Below, piece by piece: positions 9,166 to 19,572 of a DNA stretch of 57,604 nt; positions within the stretch are counted from its first letter, which is position 1, and each line of letters begins with the position of its first letter. Source of the DNA: a virus (lineage: Duplodnaviria > Caudoviricetes); IMG/VR virus record IMGVR_UViG_3300033067_001582, positions 1-57,604 of that record. The stretch is one strand, 5' to 3'. Under the pieces are notes generated by a model. The model saw nothing but the letters and a program-made list of their open reading frames with translations, was not told the origin of the DNA and searched no databases. Made by a program: the position numbers and the translations under genes.

Positions 9166-9674
9166 GTAAACAAAAACGCGAGTACGTTGTCCTGCCGTTT
9201 ACATGCGCCATCGACTCGCGTGAACAGTCGCCTTTCCAATTTCGCGGGCTCAAGTCCGACGCCAAGCACGGCGGCGTGCCATTGATCGTGCCGATCGAGT
9301 CGAAGACCCTCAAGACTTGTGACTACAGCATCGTCGGCCACGAAACGAAGATCGGCGTCGAGAGAAAGTCGCGAAGCGATTTCGTCATGTCCCTGATTCA
9401 AGAGCGCGATCGCTTCCGTCGTGAGTTCGAGCGAATGCAGGAGATGGAGCGAACGTACGTCGTGGTCGAGGCCGACTGGCGGTCCATCCTGCACGAGCCG
9501 ATTCCGCACTCCAAGGTGAACCCGAAGTCGCTATTTCGCACTGTTGTGTCGTGGCAAGACAGGTTCCCCAAAACGCAGTGGTGGTTTTGCGACGGTCGTT
9601 CGATGGCGGAACACACGACGCTGAGAATCCTAGAACGATATTGGACGAACCGCGCCCAAAATCATGCCAAATAA
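9162..9674 (+). CDS. ERCC4/XPF-family nuclease
   Basis: IDSREQ, CDYSI, VERKSRSDF (ERKxxxD). Confidence 0.88.
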   Translation: MSKQKREYVVLPFTCAIDSREQSPFQFRGLKSDAKHGGVPLIVPIESKTLKTCDYSIVGHETKIGVERKSRSDFVMSLIQERDRFRREFERMQEMERTYVVVEADWRSILHEPIPHSKVNPKSLFRTVVSWQDRFPKTQWWFCDGRSMAEHTTLRILERYWTNRAQNHAK

Positions 9675-9695
9675 CATTGACCGTCAGTCATCCGA

Positions 9696-9950
9696 ATGAC
9701 AAAATACTACTCCGTCACGCTCCTGGAATTCCTCGGCCCCTGCATCCTGCGCACACCGCTCTCGCCGCAGTTCGACGACAAGCGGGCCATCCGCACTGGC
9801 ATGGTCGAGGTCGAGTGGGTGATGAGCGGGATTGTGAAGGAAGTCGGCGAGTGCGAGCTGAGGCGGTGGCGCGGCGGGGCGGAGGCGGTGGAGCGGATGC
9901 GCTGGTGCGGGAGTGGTGGGGTTTGGGTTAGAAATGCAAGGAGCAAGTAA
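9696..9950 (+). CDS. Hypothetical protein
   Basis: ORF coupled to the next gene (TAATG). Confidence 0.55.
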   Translation: MTKYYSVTLLEFLGPCILRTPLSPQFDDKRAIRTGMVEVEWVMSGIVKEVGECELRRWRGGAEAVERMRWCGSGGVWVRNARSK

Positions 9951-10210
9951 TGAGTGAGGCGACGTATACCGTGCTGACCTGGGATTGCGTTGTCCAGTGC
10001 TACACACCGCAAGAGGGCATGGAAACGCCGTGCATTGACGTTCCGCTCCAAACGCTTCGTGCGGCATTGAAGGAACTGCGAACGATGGGCTACGGGTGTC
10101 ATAGGCGACGCTCTCCCGATGGAAGTCACCCGGACAACGACCATGCGGTGCTTGTGGAGCGAACCGATTGCGATGCTGAACTTGAACTGTGCCTCAAGGA
10201 GTTGCCATGA
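9950..10210 (+). CDS. Hypothetical protein
   Basis: AAGGAG RBS, overlapping stop/start. Confidence 0.7.
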   Translation: MSEATYTVLTWDCVVQCYTPQEGMETPCIDVPLQTLRAALKELRTMGYGCHRRRSPDGSHPDNDHAVLVERTDCDAELELCLKELP

Positions 10211-10512
10211 GCGAGCAAATCGAAGTGACGGAACAAGACCGCGATGCAGCGCACGAAATGCTCATACATCTCGACATCGACAGGGATGTTGATACCGACG
10301 ACACATACCCGCTATTCTTCGCACTCCACCGCCAAACAGCCGCGCGAGCCGAGCGGGAGTTGTGCGTGGCGATCTTGCGCCAGACAGTTGACTCACAAAC
10401 ACAAATGGCGACGAACAACATCGTCTCCGCAGACTTTCGCAAGGCGTACACGTACGCCGCGAGCGTTCTTGATTCACTGCTAGACCAACTCACGAAAGGG
10501 CCGACGAGATGA
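10207..10512 (+). CDS. Hypothetical protein
   Basis: AAGGAG RBS, ATGA overlap. Confidence 0.7.
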   Translation: MSEQIEVTEQDRDAAHEMLIHLDIDRDVDTDDTYPLFFALHRQTAARAERELCVAILRQTVDSQTQMATNNIVSADFRKAYTYAASVLDSLLDQLTKGPTR

Positions 10513-10922
10513 GTGACGAATGGACAAAAGAGCCGTGGCGATTCGACGGCAAGAACAGCCTAACGACATTCAACGGCGATCAATTGCTGCTGGTTGGCGT
10601 GTCGCTCGATATGAGCCGCGACACAACGGAAGCGAAAGCTAATGCAGCCCGCATCGTCGCCTGCGTGAACGCTTGCTCAGGCATCCCCACCGCCCAACTC
10701 CCCAACTTGGTCGATGAAGTGCGGCGGCTACGAGAATTGCTTGCCGAGCACACTCGATGGAAGCCGGGCCTTGGAATTCTCGCCAACGGAAAAAGCACGC
10801 ACGGAAATTGCTGCACGTGCGAAACGTGCAGGCATCATCACGACGATTGTGTTTGCGAACATAACGAGATTGAAGCCGCTATTCAACAAGCACGAGCAGC
10901 TTTTGCGGGAGGTGAAAAGTGA
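10509..10922 (+). CDS. Phage protein (TKEPW / ANAARIVACVNAC type) with Cys/His-rich C-terminus
   Basis: Common phage motif ANAxRIVACVNAC; HGNCCTCETC. Confidence 0.75.
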   Translation: MSDEWTKEPWRFDGKNSLTTFNGDQLLLVGVSLDMSRDTTEAKANAARIVACVNACSGIPTAQLPNLVDEVRRLRELLAEHTRWKPGLGILANGKSTHGNCCTCETCRHHHDDCVCEHNEIEAAIQQARAAFAGGEK

Positions 10923-11116
10923 GAGGCGAAGCGATAGAAGCACTTGTCGGATTCTGCATTCTCACGGTCGTCGTCATGGCAGCCGGTGCATGGGCGACCT
11001 ACAAGACGCAAGACCGAGCATGGAAACGAGAAGCCGTTGAACACAACGCCGCCGAGTACGACACGACAACAGGAAAATGGCAATGGAAAGAACCAAAGAA
11101 AGCGAGCCCCCAATGA
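10919..11116 (+). CDS. Small membrane protein
   Basis: One hydrophobic helix; GGAGG RBS. Confidence 0.7.
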   Translation: MRGEAIEALVGFCILTVVVMAAGAWATYKTQDRAWKREAVEHNAAEYDTTTGKWQWKEPKKASPQ

Positions 11117-13254
11117 CCGATAACTTCATCCCCGACTTCACGAAAACCGGCGATGTGTTTGTGAGCCGCGATGGTACGGAGTGGCGATTTCGCAACGATG
11201 CAAAGTGCGTCACGCAGCCGATTACCCTTTCGAGAATCAAGAACACGAGCGATTCGTCATCGTTCTGGACGAGCGGAAGGTACGTTACCGACCGGACGGA
11301 ACACGACTTCGACATTGTTTCGCAATACACACCATCACCGCCCGCCGTCCGCTACGCCTGCTCGACGAAGGTGGCGGCGGTTGGGGATACGGTGAAAAAT
11401 GTCGGCTATGTGTTGGCGAGTTGTCGTGTTGCAGCGATCAAAGACGCTGACACGATTTTGCTCGAATCGCTGCAATCACCCGGGCGGTATTTCAAGGCTC
11501 CGGCATCGCAACTTGAATTCGTACCCGACGTGACGCCAACCGCAGCGGAGCGGGATGTGCCGCAGGAAAACGACGTTGAATCGCGCACCAGTGATCTCAG
11601 GGAAATCGTCAAGAATGTTCTCGAAGATGCCGCGCGAACCATCTGCCATGAAGTGCGCCGTGCAGCCCGCCACGCCCCAAAGGACGACGGCGCGGAGGAT
11701 GCCGCAGAACTTCGGCGGCAATTGGACGAACTAGAAATTGCATCGCAAGAGCATGTCGCGTACTGCTGTTATGACCATCACGAAGACGGGGCGACAACCA
11801 TTCATCTGTGCGACTCCGATACCAAGGGAGCGTTTAAGGTTTATCGGCGGTTTCTCAAGGCCGACATAGATCGGCTTGCGTCGCCAGACCCGGCCAAGAT
11901 CGATGCGGCGTGGCGCGAGTTTATTGGCGCGACTCATGGAGCCCCAAACACCCCACCGGCTAAGCCGGATGCGACGCAGAAGTGGCCGAGGTTTTGGCGA
12001 TGCCGTGACACCAATGAGCTATGGTTTTGTGGGTCGAGCAGCAGTCCGTTGATGTATCGCGCAAGCGGTACGTCAGAGACGGTGGCATCTAACTTTACGG
12101 TAGAGACTGTTTGGTACGCAGGGAACAAGGCGGGTGATGTTTACGAAACCGACGCCGACGGCAACGAGTTGACGAGGCACGAACAAGCCAATCGCCAAAT
12201 CATCGAGGCAAACGTGTCGGCAGATTCGGAATCGTTCGCTGTGGAAGAGTCGAGGAAGACACAGCCGATGCCCGGCGAGGGGGCGAAGGTGGAGCAGGGC
12301 GTTAAGCGGTACAAGGTTCCCGACGATTACGTTGGCGTAATTCGACACAAAGGCTATGGACACGTTGAAGTCGTCACAGCCGCCGACCACGACGCCGCTA
12401 TTGCCGAGTTGCAATCCGAAGTTAGCCGCCTATCGTCGCTGAACCGAAGATTGGAAGACTCGCTTGAGTCGAAAGATGCGAAAGCGGAGGAACGCATTCA
12501 CGGTTGGACGGAACTGGAAGCGTACAAGGAAGCGGCGGAATTGAATAAGCAGGAATGGGACAAAGCGAGGTCAATCGTCGCTTCGCAGGCTTCCGAGATT
12601 GATCGAGCGACACGCGGCATCGTTAGTTTGCGTGAACAGTACGCGAGCGTTAGCGAATTACTAACGCGAGTCAGCGACGAACGGGATGCCTTACAGCAAC
12701 GTGCCGAGCGAGCCGAAGCGGAGCTGGCGGAGGTGAATCACAAGTACGCCGAAGCCCGCAAGGAACTCGACTGGTACATTAAGGAGGCGTCGTCATTCTT
12801 CGACCGACTACGCGAGCTAGGTCACGAACCGGGCGGTCTGGTGATAGATCATATTTGGGTTTGTGATGAATTAAAGAAGGCCCGCACTTAACTCGCCGAG
12901 GCGGAGAAGGAGCGGGATGAAGCGAAGGCGGAAATCGTCCGCATTGAAAAACAAGGCCGCTTCGTTGTGAATCCTTCGCACAATGGCTTAAAGGTTTGCG
13001 TCGGCAATCATGCGACGAGCGACAAGTGCGAATGGGACTACTACGTTCGCGAGGAAAAATTAACGGAGTTGCAATCCGCCAACACCAATCTCGCGGCGGA
13101 GTGCGAGGGGTTGAGGGAGCGTTTTGAGCGAGCCAAGAAGCTACTGCTTGGCTATCGCGGCTGGTTCGTTCAAAGCGGTCGCATCGACATTAACCAGCAA
13201 TCCGAGATCGCGGAAATTGATGCCGCGCTTTCGGCGGCGGGAGGGCGTGAGTGA
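11113..13254 (+). pseudogene. Mosaic coiled-coil phage protein interrupted by an in-frame TAA at 12889-12891
   Basis: The frame continues after the stop (ELKKART*LAEAEKERDEAKAEIV) into ORF 12967-13254. Confidence 0.55.
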
Positions 13255-13493
13255 TGAGCACTCCAGAACAGATACGCGAAGGGATGCACGATTCGTGGTT
13301 TCCATACGGCGAATCCACTTCACCGAAAACACGAACTCCCGACCAGGCTGCGTTCGACAAGGGTGTTTGCGCGGCGGCTGAGTTTGCTAGGCGCATGATG
13401 AATTGCGACGAATCAATTGCGTGGCTGATTATGCGGATGTGTACGACATATCGACGTGAGCTAGAGAATAATACCAACAAGGAGCAACCATGA
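13251..13493 (+). CDS. Hypothetical protein
   Basis: GGAGG RBS, overlaps with neighbours. Confidence 0.65.
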   Translation: MMSTPEQIREGMHDSWFPYGESTSPKTRTPDQAAFDKGVCAAAEFARRMMNCDESIAWLIMRMCTTYRRELENNTNKEQP

Positions 13494-13624
13494 GCGATTT
13501 GCGCGAGGCGGCGGAACAATACACAATCGACAGCAATTACTTTAGCACCGTAAACGTACACGTTGCCATGAAAGCATTTCTCGCAGGCGTCGCTTGGGCG
13601 CGGCGGCAGGCTAAGAAGAAGTAA
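13490..13624 (+). CDS. Small hypothetical protein (44 aa)
   Basis: AAGGAG RBS, ATGA overlap, AFLAGVAWA motif; below the ORF-track cutoff. Confidence 0.6.
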   Translation: MSDLREAAEQYTIDSNYFSTVNVHVAMKAFLAGVAWARRQAKKK

Positions 13625-13657
13625 CCTCGCCGCGCCGCGAACTATGACTGCGGGCGG

Positions 13658-13686
13658 TAGACTGCGAGAGGGGTGGGGCGTATAGT
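13658..13686 (+). promoter_or_regulatory. Sigma70-like promoter upstream of the HNH/primase genes
   Basis: TAGACT-17 bp-TATAGT. Confidence 0.5.
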
Positions 13687-13723
13687 TGTTGTCCCTGAGG
13701 CATATAGCAGAAGGACGAAATGA

Positions 13724-14119
13724 ATGCGATACGACATGGCAGAGAGGCTGGCGAGGCTTGCGTGCAAGGCGATATACGACAGTTCAATGGCTACCGGCGT
13801 TGGCGAGTCGCCGCCGGACGCGAAAACGTCTCGCACGAAAGAGAGTGCGTATCTTTCCATACTCAATGCGTTTAGGCACTACGGAAAAAGGCGAGTCGTT
13901 CCGAAGAAGGTGCGGCTTCGTGTTTTTAAGCGCGACGGATACACCTGCAAGTACTGCAATGAAAAATTCCCCGTCGGCGCACTGCATCTCGACCACATAA
14001 TTCCGCTTGTGGAGGGCGGGTACGACTGCATGGAAAACTTCGGCACGGCTTGCTTTAAGTGCAACCTCAAGAAGGGCGCTAAAAAGCTCGATCCAGCGAG
14101 CAGGTTTGGCAGGCCGTAG
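13724..14119 (+). CDS. HNH endonuclease
   Basis: RDGYTCKYC, LDHIIP, ACFKCNLKKG. Confidence 0.9.
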   Translation: MRYDMAERLARLACKAIYDSSMATGVGESPPDAKTSRTKESAYLSILNAFRHYGKRRVVPKKVRLRVFKRDGYTCKYCNEKFPVGALHLDHIIPLVEGGYDCMENFGTACFKCNLKKGAKKLDPASRFGRP

Positions 14120-14192
14120 CCGCGCGAAAATCTCAACACCTCTCTCGGCCGACGAATCGTCGTCGGCTTTTTCTTTGCATCAAGAGGAACGC

Positions 14193-16991
14193 ATGTCGAA
14201 CGTAAGCGAGTGGGACGAACTGAACCGAGAGATATACGAAAAACTGGATGTGCTGGCGGAATGGAAAAAGATCGGCCTCAAGATCGCAAGCGAGCGAGTC
14301 ACCGACAAGGGGTGGATTCGGTGCTACGCACTTGATCGCGACGAGCAGACGGCATCTGCTGGAATCTGCGTGGATGGCGAGCGCCGAGGACACTACAAAG
14401 ATCACTGCGGAAAATACTCAAATCTGATCGCGTTCGCGGCAATCAAGAACCCTGAGGCCAAGGGGGACTGGGTTACGCAGCGAAACATATACGCAAAGCA
14501 ACTCGGGCTTCCGCTTCCTGCAACCAAAGAGAAGCACAAACTAAAGGCGTTCGCGAAATCCGCCGGCGACGGCCGCCCAACTGCCGGGCAGTGCGAGATG
14601 TATTGCGACTACAAGCCCGGCGTTCTCCCGAAGGCCATCTACGAAATCGGAGCGTTCTCGGGCAGCTACCCATCCAACATCAAGTCGGAATCTCGCACGG
14701 TAGTTTTTGCGGTTCCGATGTACGGAACTAAATACCTCGCAGACGGGCAGCCAACCGGCTACCACATGATGGCTGTCGACAGCCGACGAAAGGTTAGAAA
14801 ATATGCCGGCCAGGGCAAGCCGTACGACGAACTAAAGACGCTCTCGATCGGCGATGGCGGACTGATGGGATACGACGGCCTGACTCGCCTTGAGTCGGCA
14901 ACGCATGTGTGGATCGTCGAAGGCGTGTCTGACTTGCTCGCCGTGCAATCGCTGATCGACACGTCATCGTCGCACGTTGTTGTCACGGCGGGAGGATGCA
15001 GCCAGCACCCGAAGGAGCACTGGATCAATCCGCACTTTGCAGGGAAGACGGCGTACGTCTGCTTTGATGTTGGAGACGCGGACGATCAGGGGCAGAAGGG
15101 GGCGAAGGTGTGGTGCGCTGCCCTCGCCAGGATAGCCCGCGAAGTTCGCAACGTCACGCTCCCGCTGGCCGACGACGGAAAGAACGACTTGCGTGCATGG
15201 ATTGTTGCAGGCAAGCGAACGTATGCGGATATGCTGTCGCTTGCAGCGGCGTGCAGCCAGTGGGAGGAGTCGTCCTCTTCCGACCGCAAGTCGATACTGC
15301 CTCAGTCGAGTCCAGAGCAGAATATACTTGACAGGCTTGGCTGCATCGTGAGCGGTCAAATTGAAGGAACGAATGGAATTGAAATCCATTCGACACGAGC
15401 AGGGCAGAGAATGGTGGTGCGACTAAGTTCGTTCATGATGCACGATGCGGCGATGATGTTCGGCGGAGACGTTGCGCAGTCGGTCATCTCGACGATGCGA
15501 GAGCCAGAGCCGGGAAAGCACTCCCTTTCGGAAGTGCGAATGGCGATAGCTTCGGCGGCGTGCGGAAAAATAGTTTCCGACGCCGATGCGGTCGGGTGCG
15601 GAGTATGGGAAATCAGCGGAGATATTGTCCTTGTCGGAAAGAATTTCGCGTACCGATACACGCGCGACCGCAAGTACGAGCGGCTTGCTAAGCCGATGCA
15701 CGGAGACAAGAGATTCGACTACTCTCGATCGCTTGACTGGTACGAGCCGGAATCAATGGGGTATCTTCTTGAAAAGGCAGCGGACATTAGGTGGAGAGAG
15801 CGTGCAGTACGAGAAGCTATTGAAGTTTTCAAGATGTGGAAAAATTGGGAGTTTTACGAATCGACGCCGGAGATCGCGGCAGGACTGGTGCTTGCAACGT
15901 GGGTGCAAACCATGTGGAACTACCGCCCGCTGGTGTCGATCAACGGAGAGACGGGGTCAGGCAAGAGCACTTTCGTAGACTCAACAATAGGAGAAATGTT
16001 TAACGGGCTAACCATCAACATCGGAAGGCCGACCGAGGCGGGCGTTCGGCACAAGATTAAAAACACGGCCGGTGCGGTAATCGTGGACGAATTGGACAAG
16101 TCCAAGAGAAGGGCAGAGGTTCTGTCTCTGCTGAGAACAGCGACAGACGGAATAGAAACAACAGTAGGCTCTGCTGACGGGAAGGGCCAAGGGTACATCT
16201 TGAATCACATTTGCTGGTGCGCCGGAATTGACTCTGGCATATCAGAAGAAGGAGACAGAAACAGGTACATCAAACTTGGACTCAAACGAGTAGACAGAAA
16301 TAGAGGCAATAATAAGCGGCTAATACCGCCGATGCCGATGGTGCTTCGTGATATTGGGCACAGGCTGTCGGCTGCTGCGATATACACAATCAGAGAAGCA
16401 AGAGAACTTGCCGCCAAGATTCACAGCGAAGCTAAGGTTCCAGGCGTAAACACAAGGTACATCGAGGGGCTTTCGGTTCCAGCGGCAATGCTTTCGCTAA
16501 ACCTTGGATGGAGCGAAGGCGAGGCCGTTGCGTGGGTCGAGACGATTGCCGAAGAGAGGCGGCTCAATGAACGCCAAACAAGCGACGAAGAAGAACTGGT
16601 CGAGGCCATCCTTGGCAGCAAGGTCACGGAGAGTGGACGGCAGCACACGATCTCGTCACTTATTCATGCCGTCATCTCAAATATTGGGTCGACCGAGATG
16701 GCGTTCAACCATGAAGAAGTCGTGCGTGCGTGCGATGCCGACCGGATGCTTCAAGCGAATGGAATTCGCGTAATGCAACAAGACGGCGTTGTATTATTCA
16801 ATCCAGGGGAGGTGACAAGATTCCTTCTTCAGAACACAAGGTTCGCGACGATTGCGATTGCGGAAGTGCTAGAGAGAATCAACGGCGCGTCCCGCTCAAC
16901 ACAAAGGATAAGTAAACACCCCAAGAGATGCGTGTCTGTTCCGATTGGTGTGATTGCACCTGGCGAAGACAAGGCTGGCGATGCAGAGTAA
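14193..16991 (+). CDS. Primase-helicase (TOPRIM plus P-loop NTPase)
   Basis: TOPRIM VWIVEGVSDLLA and CFDVGDADDQG, KNDLRAW; Walker A GETGSGKST, Walker B VIVDE. Confidence 0.85.
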   Translation: MSNVSEWDELNREIYEKLDVLAEWKKIGLKIASERVTDKGWIRCYALDRDEQTASAGICVDGERRGHYKDHCGKYSNLIAFAAIKNPEAKGDWVTQRNIYAKQLGLPLPATKEKHKLKAFAKSAGDGRPTAGQCEMYCDYKPGVLPKAIYEIGAFSGSYPSNIKSESRTVVFAVPMYGTKYLADGQPTGYHMMAVDSRRKVRKYAGQGKPYDELKTLSIGDGGLMGYDGLTRLESATHVWIVEGVSDLLAVQSLIDTSSSHVVVTAGGCSQHPKEHWINPHFAGKTAYVCFDVGDADDQGQKGAKVWCAALARIAREVRNVTLPLADDGKNDLRAWIVAGKRTYADMLSLAAACSQWEESSSSDRKSILPQSSPEQNILDRLGCIVSGQIEGTNGIEIHSTRAGQRMVVRLSSFMMHDAAMMFGGDVAQSVISTMREPEPGKHSLSEVRMAIASAACGKIVSDADAVGCGVWEISGDIVLVGKNFAYRYTRDRKYERLAKPMHGDKRFDYSRSLDWYEPESMGYLLEKAADIRWRERAVREAIEVFKMWKNWEFYESTPEIAAGLVLATWVQTMWNYRPLVSINGETGSGKSTFVDSTIGEMFNGLTINIGRPTEAGVRHKIKNTAGAVIVDELDKSKRRAEVLSLLRTATDGIETTVGSADGKGQGYILNHICWCAGIDSGISEEGDRNRYIKLGLKRVDRNRGNNKRLIPPMPMVLRDIGHRLSAAAIYTIREARELAAKIHSEAKVPGVNTRYIEGLSVPAAMLSLNLGWSEGEAVAWVETIAEERRLNERQTSDEEELVEAILGSKVTESGRQHTISSLIHAVISNIGSTEMAFNHEEVVRACDADRMLQANGIRVMQQDGVVLFNPGEVTRFLLQNTRFATIAIAEVLERINGASRSTQRISKHPKRCVSVPIGVIAPGEDKAGDAE

Positions 16992-17129
16992 TGATCCGCA
17001 CAATCCGAAAATAGCCAGAAAAATCCCCAGGCTGCCCATTCTTCTTTCGCCGTGGAATCTTAACGCAAAAGGCCGCATGCACCCCATCTATCCATTTTGG
17101 AAAGGTGGGGTGTTTTTTTGTAGTCAATT

Positions 17130-17400
17130 CGGGGCATTGCGTTTATTCTGTTGCGTTCTGTTGCGTCTCAATGTAACGCCGTAAGTATATATATTACTAT
17201 GCTATAATAAAAGAACTAACTATAATAGTATCAAGTATTTATATATATATATTGGCGCAGAAGAAACCGGCACTTACGAACCAGATCACATCCGTTACAC
17301 CCATTGTGCACAAGAGACATTCACGCAGGAGTGGACAGCCCTCCCCACGGCATTACCACGCTCTCTCTCTCGCACAGACCATGTAACGCACGCAATTCTT
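17130..17400. other. Putative replication origin
   Basis: Strongly AT-rich tract at 17182-17253 after the primase gene, flanked by ATGTAACGC at 17171 and 17381, inverted CGTTACA at 17293 and tandem TGTTGCGT. Confidence 0.5.
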
Positions 17401-17727
17401 ATCGCAACCCGCTTCAGGTAAAGCGATTACGTTGTTTCAGAGCACGCCAACACGCCGCAACACCCCTGCGTAGCCCTCCGTATTCGCACTCTAAGCCCGT
17501 CCACCACTTCCCCGACTCAAATCTCATCCCAATCGCCCGTCGCAGTCCTGGCGCAAATGGCGGGCCTTCCCGTGGCGACTAGCGGTCATTGCCAACCGGC
17601 ATAGCGACGCCGCGCAGCGGAAGAAGATTCCACCCCACCGCATCAGCGCAAGGCCGGGTGCTTGTCTGCTCGTGCATGCGTGCGATAATGCCTTTGAGTC
17701 AATTACTCTCAGTCGCAGGGGTGATCT

Positions 17728-18108
17728 ATGTCGCTGGTCGATCGGGTGCGGGAGCGGGTGCATGCTTTTCTTGGAGAGGTCAAGGACGAGTCCGCCGTGC
17801 GGAATCTTAGCACCGGCGAAGCCCTGCGGGAGTTTTTCGCCGAGGCCGTCGCCTTAATCGTGCAGCTCTTGCAGGTCGAGGGCGGCACGAACGAAGAGAA
17901 GAAGGCTGCGGCGATGGAACTGATCGGCAAGTTCTACGACAGCATCGCGGAAGTCACGGACGTTCCATACGTTCCCGACAACATCGCCGATCCGCTCTTG
18001 AAGATTCCGTTTATGAAGATGGCGGACCTGTTGGTGGATTCGTTCGTCGCGTTTTTGAAAACGACGACGGCGGAATCGGTTTTGAAATCTTTTCGCGAGG
18101 CCAAGTAG
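17728..18108 (+). CDS. Hypothetical protein
   Basis: GGGGTG RBS; KKAAAMELI...DVPYVP helical protein. Confidence 0.75.
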   Translation: MSLVDRVRERVHAFLGEVKDESAVRNLSTGEALREFFAEAVALIVQLLQVEGGTNEEKKAAAMELIGKFYDSIAEVTDVPYVPDNIADPLLKIPFMKMADLLVDSFVAFLKTTTAESVLKSFREAK

Positions 18109-18111
18109 AAA

Positions 18112-18525
18112 ATGCGAGAACTAACAAGTCACAAGGTCAACGGCCTGAATGAGTCCATCTACATTGGCGTGATGGACGAGCCAGGGCAGGGCAATGCCTG
18201 TCATGTTTACGACTTGGCCCCGCTTGTTGATGTCGAACTTTCCGGCGAAGACATTGACGTAATTCGTCGTCGTGTTCCGGTCGAAAACGCGCACGTCGTG
18301 ATTCGATTTCAGAATGGACCGATTGGCGAGGTTGGCGTGAATGGCGTCAGTCAAGAGGCACTGCTAGCGATCGTCGAAGACCGCTTAGCGTCCTTCCAGG
18401 CCGGGCCATACGCATGCCGCGAGAACGCCGTCGCCTTAACCAAAGTGCAAGAGGCGATGATGTGGTTGCAAAAGCGAACGCTTGATCGTATGCGTCGCGG
18501 CGTCGAAGGCACGAACAAGGTCTAG
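18112..18525 (+). CDS. tad1: Tad1-family anti-Thoeris cyclic-nucleotide sponge
   Basis: FQNGP...GV...LLAIVEDRLASFQAGPYACRENAVALTKVQEAMMWLQKRTLDRMRRGVEGT closely matches the Tad1 C-terminal pattern as recalled. Confidence 0.85.
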   Translation: MRELTSHKVNGLNESIYIGVMDEPGQGNACHVYDLAPLVDVELSGEDIDVIRRRVPVENAHVVIRFQNGPIGEVGVNGVSQEALLAIVEDRLASFQAGPYACRENAVALTKVQEAMMWLQKRTLDRMRRGVEGTNKV

Positions 18526-18529
18526 CCCG

Positions 18530-18886
18530 ATGCTCTCCCGCAACGCCTCCCGCCTAGTCCGCCCCTTCCGCCGCTGCCTCCGCGAAATGCTGGCCGCCGG
18601 CGAGTTCGACGCCGCCGAGCGCCGGGCCGCCCGCCAACTGCTCCTGTCGTTCGCGATGTCGGAGCAGGTGTGCGAAGAAATTGTCCGCACGGCGAAGGCG
18701 AACGGGCTGAACGGCGAGATTCAAGATGCGGGCGACGGCGACGAAGGCTCGACGGCGTTTGAGAAGATCGTCGAGTTCTTGCGAAACAACTGGCAGACGA
18801 TTGTACTTCAGGCGATCTTCCTGGTTATTCCAATGTTGCTCGGCGACGAAGGCGAAGCCGAGCCGAGCGAAGAAAGCGAGTCGTAA
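18530..18886 (+). CDS. Membrane-anchored hypothetical protein
   Basis: Hydrophobic segment NWQTIVLQAIFLVIPMLL. Confidence 0.7.
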   Translation: MLSRNASRLVRPFRRCLREMLAAGEFDAAERRAARQLLLSFAMSEQVCEEIVRTAKANGLNGEIQDAGDGDEGSTAFEKIVEFLRNNWQTIVLQAIFLVIPMLLGDEGEAEPSEESES

Positions 18887-19177
18887 ATGATCGAGTTCGT
18901 GAAGGCAAATTGGCAATGGCTGACGCCTGCCATCGGCGGCGTGCTGCTCCTGGCGTATCCGCAACTGGCGTCGCTCGCCTCGAAACTGAAGAACATTCTC
19001 CCGGCACGCACCCACGCGCCGCCGGGCGCAGGCGACGGCACGCTGCTCGACCTCGACATCGCATGGAGCGCACTCAAGACCCTGGACGCGCAATACGCTG
19101 CCGCAGGCGTCGACCCGGCTGAGCGCAAACGGCTGTTCGTCGAAGCGGTCGCCCGGCTGAAGTCGGAGACGAAGTAA
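18887..19177 (+). CDS. Membrane protein
   Basis: N-terminal TM helix; translational coupling. Confidence 0.75.
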   Translation: MIEFVKANWQWLTPAIGGVLLLAYPQLASLASKLKNILPARTHAPPGAGDGTLLDLDIAWSALKTLDAQYAAAGVDPAERKRLFVEAVARLKSETK

Positions 19178-19572
19178 TGACCGCCAATCGCATTCGCATC
19201 GGCGTAGGCTTGCTGCTGCTGGCGGTGGCGCTGGCGATGCACGGCGGCGTCGAGCTGCCGATTATCAGCCCGCCCGCACCCGCCCCGCAGATCACGTCGG
19301 CCACCTATGTCTACGAGAAGGACGATTCGGCTGTGCCGTCCGCCGTTTTGGTCGGCCTGAACCGACTGAACCGCGAACGCAAGATTGTCGCGACGCTGTT
19401 TGAAGACGACTCGACGGACGGCGACGGCCAAGTGCCGGACCAATACAAGATTCCGGTCGCGACGGCGAAAGAGGCGGGGCTGCCGGCGTTGGTGGTGCTG
19501 GCCGGTAGCGAAGTGGTGCGAGTGGTGAAGTCGCCGGAGACGGTGGATCAAGTGATGGAGGCCGCCAAGTGA
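19177..19572 (+). CDS. Exported or membrane-anchored protein
   Basis: Signal/TM segment, Pro-rich linker, GLPALVVLAG. Confidence 0.75.
   Translation: MTANRIRIGVGLLLLAVALAMHGGVELPIISPPAPAPQITSATYVYEKDDSAVPSAVLVGLNRLNRERKIVATLFEDDSTDGDGQVPDQYKIPVATAKEAGLPALVVLAGSEVVRVVKSPETVDQVMEAAK

Noticed and set aside
5993-9674. Complete restriction-modification system
   Set aside because: The MTase neighbours are a RecD2-like helicase and an ERCC4 nuclease typical of phage recombination; no restriction or specificity subunit was recognised.
12889-12891. Genome-wide stop-codon reassignment
   Set aside because: TAA, TAG and TGA all terminate well-defined genes normally; only one interrupted frame of this kind was seen.
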